Shown here: piece after piece, positions 29,007-38,756 of the stretch
Layout of the letters: every line of letters starts with the position of its first letter
Position numbering within the stretch: the stretch's first letter is position 1
Source: an uncultured Gammaproteobacteria bacterium
Lineage (GTDB): Bacteria; Patescibacteriota; Patescibacteriia; UBA9934
DNA length: 64,000 nt
Reading direction: 5' to 3'
Assembly: GCA_964613815.1 (NCBI GenBank)
Contig: CAZTKG010000001.1
Location: forward strand, 200,895-264,894
The notes under the pieces: generated by a model
What the model was told of the DNA's origin: nothing
Database searches by the model: none
What the model saw: only the letters and a program-made list of their open reading frames with translations
Program-made: the position numbers and the translations under genes

Positions 29007-29318
29007 ATGAACCCCCGTCGCCCGACGTCACCCTTTGATGTCACCACCCTTGTCACCCTTAGCGGGTCAGATGCAGCTCGGGCTGATACGCTTCTGTGGT
29101 ATACGCTTGGTGGAGCATTTCCTACATTTGCCATGCTCGCCGCGATTGCGGTCTGTACGGCATTCGTTCACGAGATGCATCCGGACCGTTTGGACATAGC
29201 ATGTGTCATTCTCCGAGATCTCGATAAGGTCATCTTTCCAGCCATCATGGCTGCTGCCATCCTCGTCGGCGTGATCAATGGTCAGTACCATGCTCGTCGA
29301 CGCCATGGAATACCGTGA
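29007..29318 (+). CDS. Small hypothetical membrane protein
   Basis: Start at the ATG preceded by GGAGGtaaa (MNPRRPTSPFDV...); ORF-track start 28977. Two hydrophobic helices. Confidence 0.4.
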   Translation: MNPRRPTSPFDVTTLVTLSGSDAARADTLLWYTLGGAFPTFAMLAAIAVCTAFVHEMHPDRLDIACVILRDLDKVIFPAIMAAAILVGVINGQYHARRRHGIP

Positions 29319-29554
29319 TGCCTGGCGATCACCATGTCCGCAGAGGCACCGTAGCTTTTGTCATCGCACTGCTACTGATCCTGCTCCTGCCTTTCGGGCA
29401 GGCCGCAGCATCACAACTCCCGATGATCGCGCCACATATCTTCCCTCTCGAAACTCCATGGGGACGGGTTGGCATGATTCTCGGAGCCATGATCTGTTCG
29501 TCCGTGATGGGCGGGATGATCATTGGCCACGCGCTATGCCGCCGACTTCTCTAG
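29315..29554 (+). CDS. Small hypothetical membrane protein
   Basis: 79 aa, ATGA overlap with the previous gene, two hydrophobic helices. Confidence 0.4.
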   Translation: MMPGDHHVRRGTVAFVIALLLILLLPFGQAAASQLPMIAPHIFPLETPWGRVGMILGAMICSSVMGGMIIGHALCRRLL

Positions 29555-29629
29555 CCCGACCATTCGCTCCCTTGAGCGTCTGGTCGGTATTTGTTTGCAA
29601 AAAAGACGGCTCAATCGCCGTCCTTTTCT

Positions 29630-32353
29630 CTATTTCCCGCAACACTGCTTATACTTCTTTCCACTTCCACACGTGCATGGCTTGTTGCGCCCAGTTTTCT
29701 GATCTGCGGATTTGATGATTGCCGCTGCTGCCCCCATTGTCTTCCTTGCTCCAGCAAACTGTAGGCGCGCTTTTTCTAGAATTGATGGCGCGAGCTTGAT
29801 CACCTGCTGGGCCTTGAGCGTCTGCCCGAGGATTTTGAAGATGTTGTAGACCACTTCTCGACGAATGGATTGCTGAAGGGCGCTGAAGTGCTCAAATGCC
29901 TCGCGCTTGTACTCAACGAGTGGGTCGCGCTGACCATATCCTCGAAGACCGATTGATCTACGAAGATAAGTCATTGTGTCGAGATGACTGACCCAGGCGT
30001 TGTCGATTGAACGGAGAATGACTCCCTTTTCTAACTTCTTGAGCTGACTCTTGTCTTCAAATGCTTCCTCCGCCTTGTCGAGGCGCGTGTTTATGACAAC
30101 CATCGTCCCCTCGATGACCTCTGTGCGAATTTCTGCAAGACGCTCTTTGTCCTTTGGAATTTCTGGAAGCGCTGTTTTGATTTTTCCTGCGAGCTCTTCT
30201 GGCAATACTGTAATCGTACCAAGTGCTTCTATGATTTCTTTTGGGTCCCAATCTCCTCGGTTTTTTTCTTGGAACTCCTTTGGTACATCATCTGTCGCTT
30301 CTGTGGTGTGAAAATGGACGATGCGTTCCACCTCGGCCTCAATCATGCTTGAGATTTCTTTTTTGGCGTCAAACTCGTCGTCTTTTACCATCTCTCGCCG
30401 CTTGTCGTAGATACCTGTCCGGTGTTTGTTTAGGACATCATCGTAGTCGAGGAGATGTTTTCGCACGTCAAAGTTGCGGCCCTCAACGCGGGACTGGGAC
30501 TTTTCTAGGGTCTTGGAGATAATCTTACTTTCGATTGGTACAGTCTCTTCAACTCTGAGGGTGTCCATGACTTTTGCGACGCGGTCACCTCCGAAGATAC
30601 GCATGAGGTCATCTTCTAACGATACGTAAAATTGTGTTGTTCCAGGATCCCCCTGACGACCGGCTCGCCCTCTAAGCTGGTTGTCGATCCGCCGCGATTC
30701 GTGCCGTTCGGTTCCGATGACGTGCAGGCCGCCGAGATCTTTGACCTCTTGTTGCTCTTCTGACGTAGATGGGTTCCCTCCGAGGACAATGTCGACTCCA
30801 CGTCCTGCCATATTTGTTGCGACGGTTATTGATCCTTTTTTTCCTGCCTGGGCGATGATCTGACCCTCGCGTTCGTGATTCTTTGCGTTGAGCATCTCAA
30901 ATTTGAGACCGGCTTCCCTGAGCATGTTACCGATGAGCTCGTTCTTTTCGATGGAGGCGGTTCCGATGAGGACGGGCTGCCCCCTTTCCTGACGTTCTTT
31001 TGCTTCTGCGATGATACTCATGAGCTTTCCGCGCTCGGTCTTGTAGACGCGGTCAGCGCTATCATTTCTCGCAATTGGTTTATTTGTTGGAATAACGAGA
31101 ACATCTAGATCATAAATCTTTGCAAACTCTTCTGCCTCCGTTGCCGCTGTTCCGGTCATTCCTGAGAGCTTCGTGTACATCCGAAAGTAATTTTGGAACG
31201 TGATCGTGGCGAGGGTCTTACTTTCTCGTTTGATTTCTACCCCCTCTTTTGCCTCGATCGCTTGGTGAAGACCCTCTGAATACCGACGACCTTCCATGAT
31301 GCGACCAGTGAATTCATCAACGATTTTTACTTGCCCCTCTTGGATGACGTAGTCCTTGTCTTTTCTAAAGACAGCGTGTGCCTTTAGCGCCTGCTCTGCG
31401 TGGTGGATGAGAGCGAGACCTCCTTCTGAGTAAAGGTTTTCTACGCCGAGCTTCTTCTCCATCTTTTCGATTCCAGCGTCGGTGAACGTTGCGACGCGCA
31501 TTTTTTCGTCGATGTTGAAGTCCTCATCTTCTTTGAGGTCCTGCGCGATGCCTGCGAATTTGTAGTACATCTCGCCAGACTCTTCTGCCGGGGCACTGAT
31601 GATAAGCGGCGTTCTCGCCTCGTCGATGAGGATAGAGTCGATTTCGTCGATGATAGCGTAGTTTAGGTCGCGCTGAACCATGCGCTCCTTGGTTGGCGCC
31701 ATATTGTCACGAAGATAGTCGAAGCCGAATTGGTTGTTTGTGCCGTAAGTGATGTCGGCGTTGTAGGCATCTGCTCGCTCAGCTGGACGAAGGTAGTCCA
31801 TCTGGACTTTGAATGAGCCTGTGTTGTTTTGGTCTTGATGATCTTCTGCCTTCCAGGACTCGTCGTAGATGTAGCCACCTTCCTGCTGAATGCAGCCAAT
31901 GGAGAGACCGAGGAACGCGAATACCTGCCCCATCCACACAGCGTCACGCTTCGCTAGGTAGTCGTTTACGGTGATGAGGTGTACGCCTTTTTCTGACAGG
32001 GCGTTTAGGTATGTCGAAAGTGTTGACGTGAGCGTTTTCCCTTCTCCGGTGCGCATTTCTGCGATCATGCCGCGGTGCATGGAGAGCCCGCCGATGATTT
32101 GGACGTCGTAGTGGCGTTGACCGAGAGTTCGCATACCAGCCTCTCGCACGACAGCAAAGGCTTCGTAGGCAATGTCGTCTAGGGTTTTGCCGTTTTTGAT
32201 TGCTGTTTTGAATTCTTCTGTTTTTGCCTTGAGTTGGTCGTCTGATAGTGCCTTGATGCCTGATTCTAGGGCATTTACCTGTTCTACCTCTTCTCGTAGG
32301 GACTTGAGAAGCTTTTTATTGGGGTCTCCGAAGATTTTGGTGAGGATGCTCAT
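29630..32353 (-). CDS. secA: Preprotein translocase ATPase SecA
   Basis: 907 aa; DEAD-motor motifs, preprotein cross-linking and helical scaffold domains, C-terminal zinc-binding tail CTCGSGKKYKQCCGK. Confidence 0.97.
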   Translation of the reverse strand: MSILTKIFGDPNKKLLKSLREEVEQVNALESGIKALSDDQLKAKTEEFKTAIKNGKTLDDIAYEAFAVVREAGMRTLGQRHYDVQIIGGLSMHRGMIAEMRTGEGKTLTSTLSTYLNALSEKGVHLITVNDYLAKRDAVWMGQVFAFLGLSIGCIQQEGGYIYDESWKAEDHQDQNNTGSFKVQMDYLRPAERADAYNADITYGTNNQFGFDYLRDNMAPTKERMVQRDLNYAIIDEIDSILIDEARTPLIISAPAEESGEMYYKFAGIAQDLKEDEDFNIDEKMRVATFTDAGIEKMEKKLGVENLYSEGGLALIHHAEQALKAHAVFRKDKDYVIQEGQVKIVDEFTGRIMEGRRYSEGLHQAIEAKEGVEIKRESKTLATITFQNYFRMYTKLSGMTGTAATEAEEFAKIYDLDVLVIPTNKPIARNDSADRVYKTERGKLMSIIAEAKERQERGQPVLIGTASIEKNELIGNMLREAGLKFEMLNAKNHEREGQIIAQAGKKGSITVATNMAGRGVDIVLGGNPSTSEEQQEVKDLGGLHVIGTERHESRRIDNQLRGRAGRQGDPGTTQFYVSLEDDLMRIFGGDRVAKVMDTLRVEETVPIESKIISKTLEKSQSRVEGRNFDVRKHLLDYDDVLNKHRTGIYDKRREMVKDDEFDAKKEISSMIEAEVERIVHFHTTEATDDVPKEFQEKNRGDWDPKEIIEALGTITVLPEELAGKIKTALPEIPKDKERLAEIRTEVIEGTMVVINTRLDKAEEAFEDKSQLKKLEKGVILRSIDNAWVSHLDTMTYLRRSIGLRGYGQRDPLVEYKREAFEHFSALQQSIRREVVYNIFKILGQTLKAQQVIKLAPSILEKARLQFAGARKTMGAAAAIIKSADQKTGRNKPCTCGSGKKYKQCCGK

Positions 32354-32401
32354 AATGGGGCTATTGTGCGGGATTTGAGCTTAATTATCAAGGGTTGACA
32401 G

Positions 32402-32523
32402 CACTCCCCATCTCGAGCGTAGTCGAGAGATCTCACGGTATAGCGATGCTGGTGTTTCTATTTGTGACAGTCATGACGCACTCCCCCGAAGAGATCTCTC
32501 GACTTCGCTCGAGATGGGAAGGG
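32402..32523. repeat. Family-1 palindromic repeat, copy F (long loop, extra direct repeat gcactcccc at both arms)
   Basis: cactccccatctcgagcgtagtcgagagatctc ... cactcccccgaagagatctctcgacttcgctcgagatgggaaggg; between hpf and secA. Confidence 0.85.
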
Positions 32524-32537
32524 ACGAAAAAAGAGGC

Positions 32538-32843
32538 TTATCGCCTCTCTTTGTATTGCTTTATCTGCCGTTTGAGCTCGTCGGTGACCTTGTCGATGGA
32601 TGCGTAGAGGTCTTCTGTTGTTGCCTCTGCGCGTAGCATCTTTCCTGGGATGGTGAGGTTCACCTCTGCCTTGAAGATCTTCCCTTTTGTCTTTTGCCTT
32701 GCCGTCTTGCCGACATCGACTCTGACATCGCATGGCGATAGGCCTTCTGTGAGTTTTGCGACCCCCTCGATCTGCTTTTCGACCCTTGCCCGAATGGCGG
32801 GTGTTACGTCTAAATGCGTGCCGTGAATGGATACGATTCTCAT
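32538..32843 (-). CDS. hpf: Ribosome hibernation promoting factor / RaiA (short form)
   Basis: 101 aa, MRIVSIHGTHLDVTPAIRARVEKQIEG... matches the YfiA/HPF family. Confidence 0.85.
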   Translation of the reverse strand: MRIVSIHGTHLDVTPAIRARVEKQIEGVAKLTEGLSPCDVRVDVGKTARQKTKGKIFKAEVNLTIPGKMLRAEATTEDLYASIDKVTDELKRQIKQYKERR

Positions 32844-32860
32844 ATCGTTTTGGCTACGAA

Positions 32861-33826
32861 TTATTGAATATATTGTACCTCGTCATGGAGGTTGATGCCG
32901 AATTGCTCCTTTGCCTGTTCTTTGACGTGGTTTACGATCGCCATGACATCCTCAGCTTTCGCCTCCCCGAGATTCACGACGAAGTTGCCGTGCTCGTCGC
33001 TGATTTTGGCGCCGCCGACTTGGTACCCTTTGAGGCCCATTTGGTCGATGATCCAGCCGGAGCTGAGGCGCATGGATTTGATCATTGGCTCTGGGATGTC
33101 TAGCTTGGTTTTGATGGATTCTAGCTCTTCTTGTGACACGATGTCGTAGTTTTTGAACATGCAGCCGGCAGAACCTGCGTAGAGAGGTTGGGAGGATTTT
33201 CTGGCGTTGAGATGGTCGGTGAGCTTTGCCTTGAGTTCTTCGGCCTTGCCGGGCTTGAGCTCTAATGTTGCTTCGAGGACGATATCTTCTGAGTGCTTGA
33301 TGGCGGACTCTCGGTAGCCGAAGTTGAGATCTACTGCTTGGATGTCGATGACTTCATGGTTGCGGAGGATTTTTACCGATGTTACCGAGTCCTTCATTTC
33401 TCCACCGAAGCAGCCAGCGTTTCCTCTGACGGCGCCACCGATGGTGCCCGGGAGGGAGATGGCCCATTCGAAGCCCTCTAGACCTGCCGATGCGGTGATT
33501 CTGGCGAGGGCGGCGGAGATCATGCCTGCGCCTGCAGTAACGGTCGTGTCCGTGATTTGATGATCTCGGAGGGCGAGCTTGATGCATGCGCCGCGGAAGC
33601 CTTCATCGGCAACCAAGGTGTTTGATCCTCCGCCGAGGATGAAGTAGCGGACATCTTCATCTGACATCACCTTGATTGCGTGCTGGAGCTCCTCGATAGT
33701 TCTGACTTCGATGAACAGATCAGCAGGGCCTCCGATGCGAAAATTTAGATGCTTTGCGAGAGGCTCGTCTTGTTTAACGCGGTCTGTTGAGATCTTTTTT
33801 GCGAGTTTTTTGATCGTTTCTTCCAT
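32861..33826 (-). CDS. murB: UDP-N-acetylenolpyruvoylglucosamine reductase MurB
   Basis: FAD-binding domain (NFRIGGPADLFIEV...ILGGGSNTLV) and MurB C-terminal domain. Start set at the internal ATG 33826, because the ORF-track extension would overlap murC. Confidence 0.9.
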   Translation of the reverse strand: MEETIKKLAKKISTDRVKQDEPLAKHLNFRIGGPADLFIEVRTIEELQHAIKVMSDEDVRYFILGGGSNTLVADEGFRGACIKLALRDHQITDTTVTAGAGMISAALARITASAGLEGFEWAISLPGTIGGAVRGNAGCFGGEMKDSVTSVKILRNHEVIDIQAVDLNFGYRESAIKHSEDIVLEATLELKPGKAEELKAKLTDHLNARKSSQPLYAGSAGCMFKNYDIVSQEELESIKTKLDIPEPMIKSMRLSSGWIIDQMGLKGYQVGGAKISDEHGNFVVNLGEAKAEDVMAIVNHVKEQAKEQFGINLHDEVQYIQ

Positions 33827-33827
33827 A

Positions 33828-35138
33828 TTATTTTTTGTATTCTCTTGCGAGCGTGTCGATTGCGCCGGCACCCATGTAGATAATGACGTCGCCTTCGGTC
33901 TTGATTTTGTTGATTTGATCACGCACGGCGTCGAAGTCCTTTGCGTAGATTACCTCCTCTACGGTGTTTTGTTTTTTGATGAGGTCAGCGAGGTCTTTTG
34001 ATGACTCGTACTTTTCTTCTGTGCGGCCGGCGACTTCGTAGACTTCTGAGAGGATGAGGACATCGGTCTTGTCGAAGACGTGCTTGAAATCATCAAATAG
34101 CTCGTGGGTTCTGGAGTGCTGATGAGGCTCGTAGACGGTGATGATACGGCGGCGTTCGAAGGTTTCTCTGTAGGCGCTCAGGGAGGCGTTGATCTCTGTT
34201 GGGTGATGGGCGTAGTCGGAGTAGACATCGGCCCCGTCGAAGTTGCCGATGTACTCGAATCGACGCCAAGTGCCCCTGAAGTTTCTCAGTGCTGTACAAA
34301 TGACCTCACTGTCGATATTGAGATACTTTGCCACAGCGACCGCTGCAGAAGCGTTTATCGCGTTGTGCTCACCAGGGTATTGCAACTCAAAGACCTCGTC
34401 ACCTACAGTGAACTCGCCCGGTCCGCGTGCATCAATACCGAAGGCTGTACCGTTTTTTATAGTCAGTTTTGATGAGATCTCATCTCCCGTTAGAGTGAAG
34501 ACTTGACTCTCTTCTGGCATGGCATCAATCCATTTCTGGAAAGTCTCTTGGATGTGGTCAATGTCCCTGTAGAAATCTAAATGATCTGCTTCGATATTGG
34601 TTATGACAGCTATTTCGGGGATGATTTCGAGCATGCTTGCCATGTATTCACATGCTTCGACGACAAACCAGTCACCTTCCCCGATTCTAACATTGCCCCG
34701 ATTCAAGCCGATGACATTTGTTCCGACGATGACGGTGGGGTCAAGACCGGCCTCCGTCAATACCGCCGCAATCATTGCCGTCGTCGTGCTCTTGCCGTGA
34801 GTTCCGCTTACCGCGATAACCCTATAACTTTTTGCAAGTTCGCCGAGAAACTGAGGATAAGACATCAGCGTGATTCCACGTGACTTTGCAGCTTTACGTT
34901 CTGAATTTGATTCTGGAATCGCTTGCGTGTAGATTACGAGATCACAGTCTTTTGGGACGTTGCTTTCTTTGTGGCTGATTTTTATTGTTGCGCCTGCTTC
35001 TTTTGCGGCGTCGGTGATTTCTGATTGGGCCATGTCAGATCCTGATACTTTTGCGCCTCGAGCGAGCCACCACTTTGCTACTGCGGACGTGCCGATTCCG
35101 CCAATGCCTATAATGTGGACGTTTTTTGCGTTTTTCAT
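33828..35138 (-). CDS. murC: UDP-N-acetylmuramate--L-alanine ligase MurC
   Basis: N-terminal HIIGIGGIGTSAVAKWW, Mur-ligase P-loop GTHGKSTTTAM, C-terminal domain. Confidence 0.92.
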   Translation of the reverse strand: MKNAKNVHIIGIGGIGTSAVAKWWLARGAKVSGSDMAQSEITDAAKEAGATIKISHKESNVPKDCDLVIYTQAIPESNSERKAAKSRGITLMSYPQFLGELAKSYRVIAVSGTHGKSTTTAMIAAVLTEAGLDPTVIVGTNVIGLNRGNVRIGEGDWFVVEACEYMASMLEIIPEIAVITNIEADHLDFYRDIDHIQETFQKWIDAMPEESQVFTLTGDEISSKLTIKNGTAFGIDARGPGEFTVGDEVFELQYPGEHNAINASAAVAVAKYLNIDSEVICTALRNFRGTWRRFEYIGNFDGADVYSDYAHHPTEINASLSAYRETFERRRIITVYEPHQHSRTHELFDDFKHVFDKTDVLILSEVYEVAGRTEEKYESSKDLADLIKKQNTVEEVIYAKDFDAVRDQINKIKTEGDVIIYMGAGAIDTLAREYKK

Positions 35139-35242
35139 ACCTCTAGTTTATCCCCTTTGCGCCATATTCGTAAAGATGCGAAAATGCGGTCAATATGTTG
35201 CGCGATCCTACAGTCTAGTGTTTTTTCTTGCTTTGAGCGCGG

Positions 35243-35349
35243 AGATCCTTCCGGCGTGCTAGGGCTGGCACGCCTCAGGATGGGAATAGCTCAGCAACGA
35301 TTCTCCCCATCCTGAGGAGGGGGATAGTCGCCCCTGACGGAAGGATCCC
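35243..35349. repeat. Family-2 nested-stem repeat, copy 3 (stems in swapped nesting order)
   Basis: gcgcggAGATCCTTCCGG...CCTCAGGATGGG, loop, CCCATCCTGAGGAGGG...CTGACGGAAGGATCccgcgcgc. Located in the murC/glyA divergent intergenic region. Confidence 0.75.
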
Positions 35350-35385
35350 GCGCGCACGAATCTTTTATTACCAAATACAAACACT

Positions 35386-36675
35386 ATGAACATCAACATC
35401 GAGGATCCAGAAATCGCAAGCCTACTTAATGATGAACTCAAACGTCAGCAGGACGGGCTTGAAATGATTCCTTCCGAGAATTTCGTGAGCCAGTCTGTGC
35501 TTGATGCGCTTGGGTCAATTGCGACCAATAAATATTCTGAGGGGTATCCTGGGAAGCGGTATTACGGTGGATGTGAGTACGTGGATAAGATCGAACGGAT
35601 TGCGCAGGAGCGGGCGAAGGCGCTGTTTGGAGTGACGCATGCGAATGTACAGAGTTACAGTGGATCGCCGGCGAATCAGGCGGTGTATTATGCGCTTTTG
35701 GAACCTGGGGATACGGTGATGGGGATGCATCTTTACTATGGCGGGCACATGACGCATGGGTTGAAGGTGAATTTTTCTGGGACGATGTATAACTCTGTCC
35801 AATATCAAACGCGCCGGGATGGGTATCTTGATTTGGATGCAATGGATGCGATGGCGCAGGAGCATAAGCCGAAGATGATCATTGTTGGCGCGACGGCGTA
35901 TCCTCGGATTTTTGACTGGCAGGCTTTGAAGGAGATCGCGGATCGGGCTGGGTCTATTTTGATGGCGGATATTTCGCATATTTCTGGGCTTATTGTTGGA
36001 GGTCAGCATCCGACGCCTTGCGGGATTGCGGATGTGGTGACGACGACGACGCATAAGACGTTGCGCGGGCCACGGGGGGCGATGATTTTGTGTAATGGGA
36101 ATCCGTCTACACCACTCAAGAAGGTTAAGAAGACGCGGGAGAATATTCCGACGTTGATTGATCGTGCGATTATTCCTGGACTTCAAGGGGGGCCGCATAA
36201 TCATAAAACCGCGGCGATTGCGGTGGCTTTGAAGGAGGCTGCGGATGAATCATTTAAAGACTATGCGGCGCAGATTGTGGTGAATGCGAAGGCGCTTGCG
36301 GCGGAGATGATGGAGCGTGGGTTTGATTTGGTGACCGGGGGGACGGATAATCATCTTTTACTTTCTGATCTAACGAATAAAGGCGTGACTGGGAAGCAGG
36401 CGGAGGCGGCGCTTGATAAGGCTGGGATTACGGTGAATAAGAATACGGTGCCATTTGATCCGCGGAGTCCGTTTGATCCGAGTGGGATTCGGCTGGGGAC
36501 GCCGGCGCTTACGACGCGGGGGATGAAAGAATCGGAAATGAAGATGATTGGGGCGTGGATTGATCGGGCGGTGAGGGATTTTGATGACGCGGAAAAGCTT
36601 GAGGAGATTCGTGCGGAAGTGGAGGAGATGACGGCGAAGTTTCCGCTGTATGCGGGGACGAGTTATATTCAATAA
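35386..36675 (+). CDS. glyA: Serine hydroxymethyltransferase GlyA
   Basis: 429 aa; PLP-lysine region VVTTTTHKTLRGPRGAMIL, conserved SHMT N-terminus. Confidence 0.95.
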   Translation: MNINIEDPEIASLLNDELKRQQDGLEMIPSENFVSQSVLDALGSIATNKYSEGYPGKRYYGGCEYVDKIERIAQERAKALFGVTHANVQSYSGSPANQAVYYALLEPGDTVMGMHLYYGGHMTHGLKVNFSGTMYNSVQYQTRRDGYLDLDAMDAMAQEHKPKMIIVGATAYPRIFDWQALKEIADRAGSILMADISHISGLIVGGQHPTPCGIADVVTTTTHKTLRGPRGAMILCNGNPSTPLKKVKKTRENIPTLIDRAIIPGLQGGPHNHKTAAIAVALKEAADESFKDYAAQIVVNAKALAAEMMERGFDLVTGGTDNHLLLSDLTNKGVTGKQAEAALDKAGITVNKNTVPFDPRSPFDPSGIRLGTPALTTRGMKESEMKMIGAWIDRAVRDFDDAEKLEEIRAEVEEMTAKFPLYAGTSYIQ

Positions 36676-36690
36676 TCGTCATCCGCCTCG

Positions 36691-36778
36691 CTCCCATCTC
36701 GACCGAGCGAAGCGAGTGGAGAGATCTCTTCGAACTCGAATAGCTGCGAGATCTCTCCACTTTGGTCGAGATGGGACA
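36691..36778. repeat. Family-1 palindromic repeat, copy G
   Basis: ctcccatctcgaccgagcgaagcgagtggagagatctct, loop, gagatctctccactttggtcgagatgggacagg. Confidence 0.85.
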
Positions 36779-36803
36779 GGAAGAAAATGCTTATCTTCAA
36801 AAA

Positions 36804-36827
36804 ACTGGCTAAAATAGCCGGTTTTTT
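36804..36827 (+). terminator. glyA rho-independent terminator
   Basis: ctggct-aaaa-tagccgg stem-loop followed by TTTTTTG. Confidence 0.45.
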
Positions 36828-36838
36828 GTCTTTTTTAC

Positions 36839-36867
36839 TTGACAAAAGGCGTTTTTTGTGCTATTCT
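36839..36867 (+). promoter_or_regulatory. Sigma-70-like promoter at the AT-rich/GC-rich boundary of the cassette-like island
   Basis: TTGACA (36839-36844), 17-nt spacer, TATTCT (36862-36867). Confidence 0.4.
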
Positions 36868-36888
36868 TAGCTGTTCTTTGAACGCTAA

Positions 36889-37519
36889 ATGCCTACGCTA
36901 CCCCCACCCAATTCTGGATATCCCATGCGCCCCGAACCCTCCATTCTTCGCGCCAGCCTTGCCCTCCCGCTCTTCGGCGTCATTCTCACCGGCATCTTCC
37001 ACAAGTTCCCCGCGGACTTCAACCCGTGGATCATGTACGGCGTCTTCCTCGCCTGCATGGGGGGCGCTCATCTATGCCTTCATTCGTGACGATCGTTATA
37101 TCGTCCTGCGATTCCTGATCGAGAATGATGAGAAGGGCATCTACAGCCTCCCGTTCATGGCAGCTGTGGATCGCCTGAAGAAGCATGACCCGAAGGTGCA
37201 TGCGCTGATCCTCGGCCATGCGAATATGCAGGATGCTGTCGTGGATGGACTGAAGCACTTGCTCATGCGCACACGAGCGCATCGAGCAGATCACCTCGGC
37301 CCGACCTGCGTCGAATTCCACCAGACGGTTCTGACCCTCTGCACGCTCGCTCGTAGCATCCCGCCCTCTCGCTTCGCTGCCCTCCTCGATGACCAGAGCG
37401 GGCCATGGATGGAGCTGATGATCGACCTTCTGAACAGCTACTCTGTACAAGCCCTGCATGAGCGGCGACTTCCGCTGCTCCACTGCCTGGAGATCAAGAA
37501 TCGACTGATCCCCCGCTGA
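36889..37519 (+). pseudogene. Hypothetical membrane-anchored protein, apparently frameshifted at a G6 tract near 37053
   Basis: Frame A 36889..37089 (MPTLPPPNSGYPMRPEPSILRASLALPLFGVILTGIF...) and frame B continuing to 37519 (ALIYAFIRDDRYIVLRFLIENDEK...) join at atggggggcgc. The ORF-track 36839 start lies inside the promoter and is not credible. Confidence 0.3.
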
Positions 37520-37526
37520 GGCACTT

Positions 37527-37612
37527 GCCGAGGACCCAAGCTTAGCTTGGGCGCCTCGGCAGTCTTACTGAGATGCATTCGTGCACTCTGAGGACTTCCT
37601 TCACCCCCTTCT
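37527..37612 (+). repeat. Conserved inter-cassette junction, copy 1 (GC hairpin + AGTCTTACTG + CTGAGGAC..CTTCAC + GAGGAGA SD)
   Basis: gCCGAGGaCCCaAGCTtAGCTtGGgcGCCtCGGCAGTCTTACTG...CTGAGGACttccTTCAC...GAGGAGAactcaATG; near-identical to the 38234..38332 junction. Confidence 0.7.
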
Positions 37613-37639
37613 TCAACACTGCTCAACGAGGAGAACTCA

Positions 37640-38227
37640 ATGAGCCCCCCTACGACCATCCGCGAATACTATGACCTTCTCGGCCAGGAGCTTGATGTTT
37701 CCTGGCCTGGATGGCGCAACTTCCGCAGCGTCCATCTCCGCGGCTCCCCCATCATGGTGATGGGGTGGCTGAGCGATGATCGCACTATCCTCATGGATAG
37801 CCTCACCGCGGCGGAATCACGCCTGCTTGGAGGCGGCTTCGGGTTCAAGTACCCCGATTCGTGCAACTGCGTCGTAAGGACGCCTGATCCGCGTCCAGAC
37901 TGCGCGGCCGATGAATGGCCCGATGTATGGATCTGGTCTCAGATTCGTCACGGCGGCTTGCGGGACTCTGACCGCATCCTGGCTCGCAAGGAGCTGCTCC
38001 GTCGCAGTCCCAACGAGCCCACTCTCGGACGTGTAGCGCTCAACGACGCGTTCGCGTGGCGGCACAATTACCATGACAGGTACAACCGCGCGCTCGCGAA
38101 GATCGTTAGCGAGACGATCGGCGCCGATGCGCTCATCGACATGATCGAGCGTGACATGACCAGTGGCGAAGACCAGTGCATGCCCCTCGACTGGTCGGAG
38201 CGTACCCTCCTGCTCCTTCGGGGATAA
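37640..38227 (+). CDS. Hypothetical protein (cassette 2 of GC-rich island)
   Basis: 195-aa ORF preceded by the conserved junction and a GAGGAGA SD. No recognisable domain. Confidence 0.45.
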   Translation: MSPPTTIREYYDLLGQELDVSWPGWRNFRSVHLRGSPIMVMGWLSDDRTILMDSLTAAESRLLGGGFGFKYPDSCNCVVRTPDPRPDCAADEWPDVWIWSQIRHGGLRDSDRILARKELLRRSPNEPTLGRVALNDAFAWRHNYHDRYNRALAKIVSETIGADALIDMIERDMTSGEDQCMPLDWSERTLLLLRG

Positions 38228-38233
38228 CAACCC

Positions 38234-38320
38234 CTTCTTGCCGAGGGCCCGAGCTCAGCTCGGTGCCCTCGGCAGTCTTACTGGCGCGCGAAATCCTTCG
38301 CGCTCCTGAGGACCCCTTCA
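38234..38320 (+). repeat. Conserved inter-cassette junction, copy 2
   Basis: gCCGAGGgCCCgAGCTcAGCTcGGtGCCcTCGGCAGTCTTACTG...CTGAGGACcccTTCACtcGAGGAGActATG. Confidence 0.7.
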
Positions 38321-38332
38321 CTCGAGGAGACT

Positions 38333-38743
38333 ATGTCTCAGCGTATCCTCAACCTTTCTGGACGAGCCATCCCAGCATCACTTCGCCAAGTTGGTGTCGT
38401 GGACCCGGAAGGCGCCGTCACGCTCGGCCTCGTTCTTGAGGCAATTCGGAACGACCCGTCCAACCTGTATGATCAGCATGTGTCGCTGCTCCTTGCCGCG
38501 GCACGGCAAGCGAGCATTCGGTTCGTGTGGATCGGTATCACCCTCTTCATGCAGCAGACCGTGGATGCGCTCAGCGTCGCCGGTTTCGTCCCGGTTCGTC
38601 TCGAGTTCCTAGATGCGGGCATACGCAGGACTCTGGACGCCTCCGGTGTCGATGGTGCTCAGATGCGGCTCAACTACCGCTTCCGGCCCTTCCTCCAGAA
38701 CGATCCAGTGCCAGAGATCACCTTCGGGATGTCTCTCGGCTGA
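38333..38743 (+). CDS. Hypothetical protein (cassette 3 of GC-rich island)
   Basis: 136-aa ORF unrelated in sequence to cassette 2, same junction upstream. Confidence 0.45.
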   Translation: MSQRILNLSGRAIPASLRQVGVVDPEGAVTLGLVLEAIRNDPSNLYDQHVSLLLAAARQASIRFVWIGITLFMQQTVDALSVAGFVPVRLEFLDAGIRRTLDASGVDGAQMRLNYRFRPFLQNDPVPEITFGMSLG

Positions 38744-38756
38744 GCTCATCAGTATC

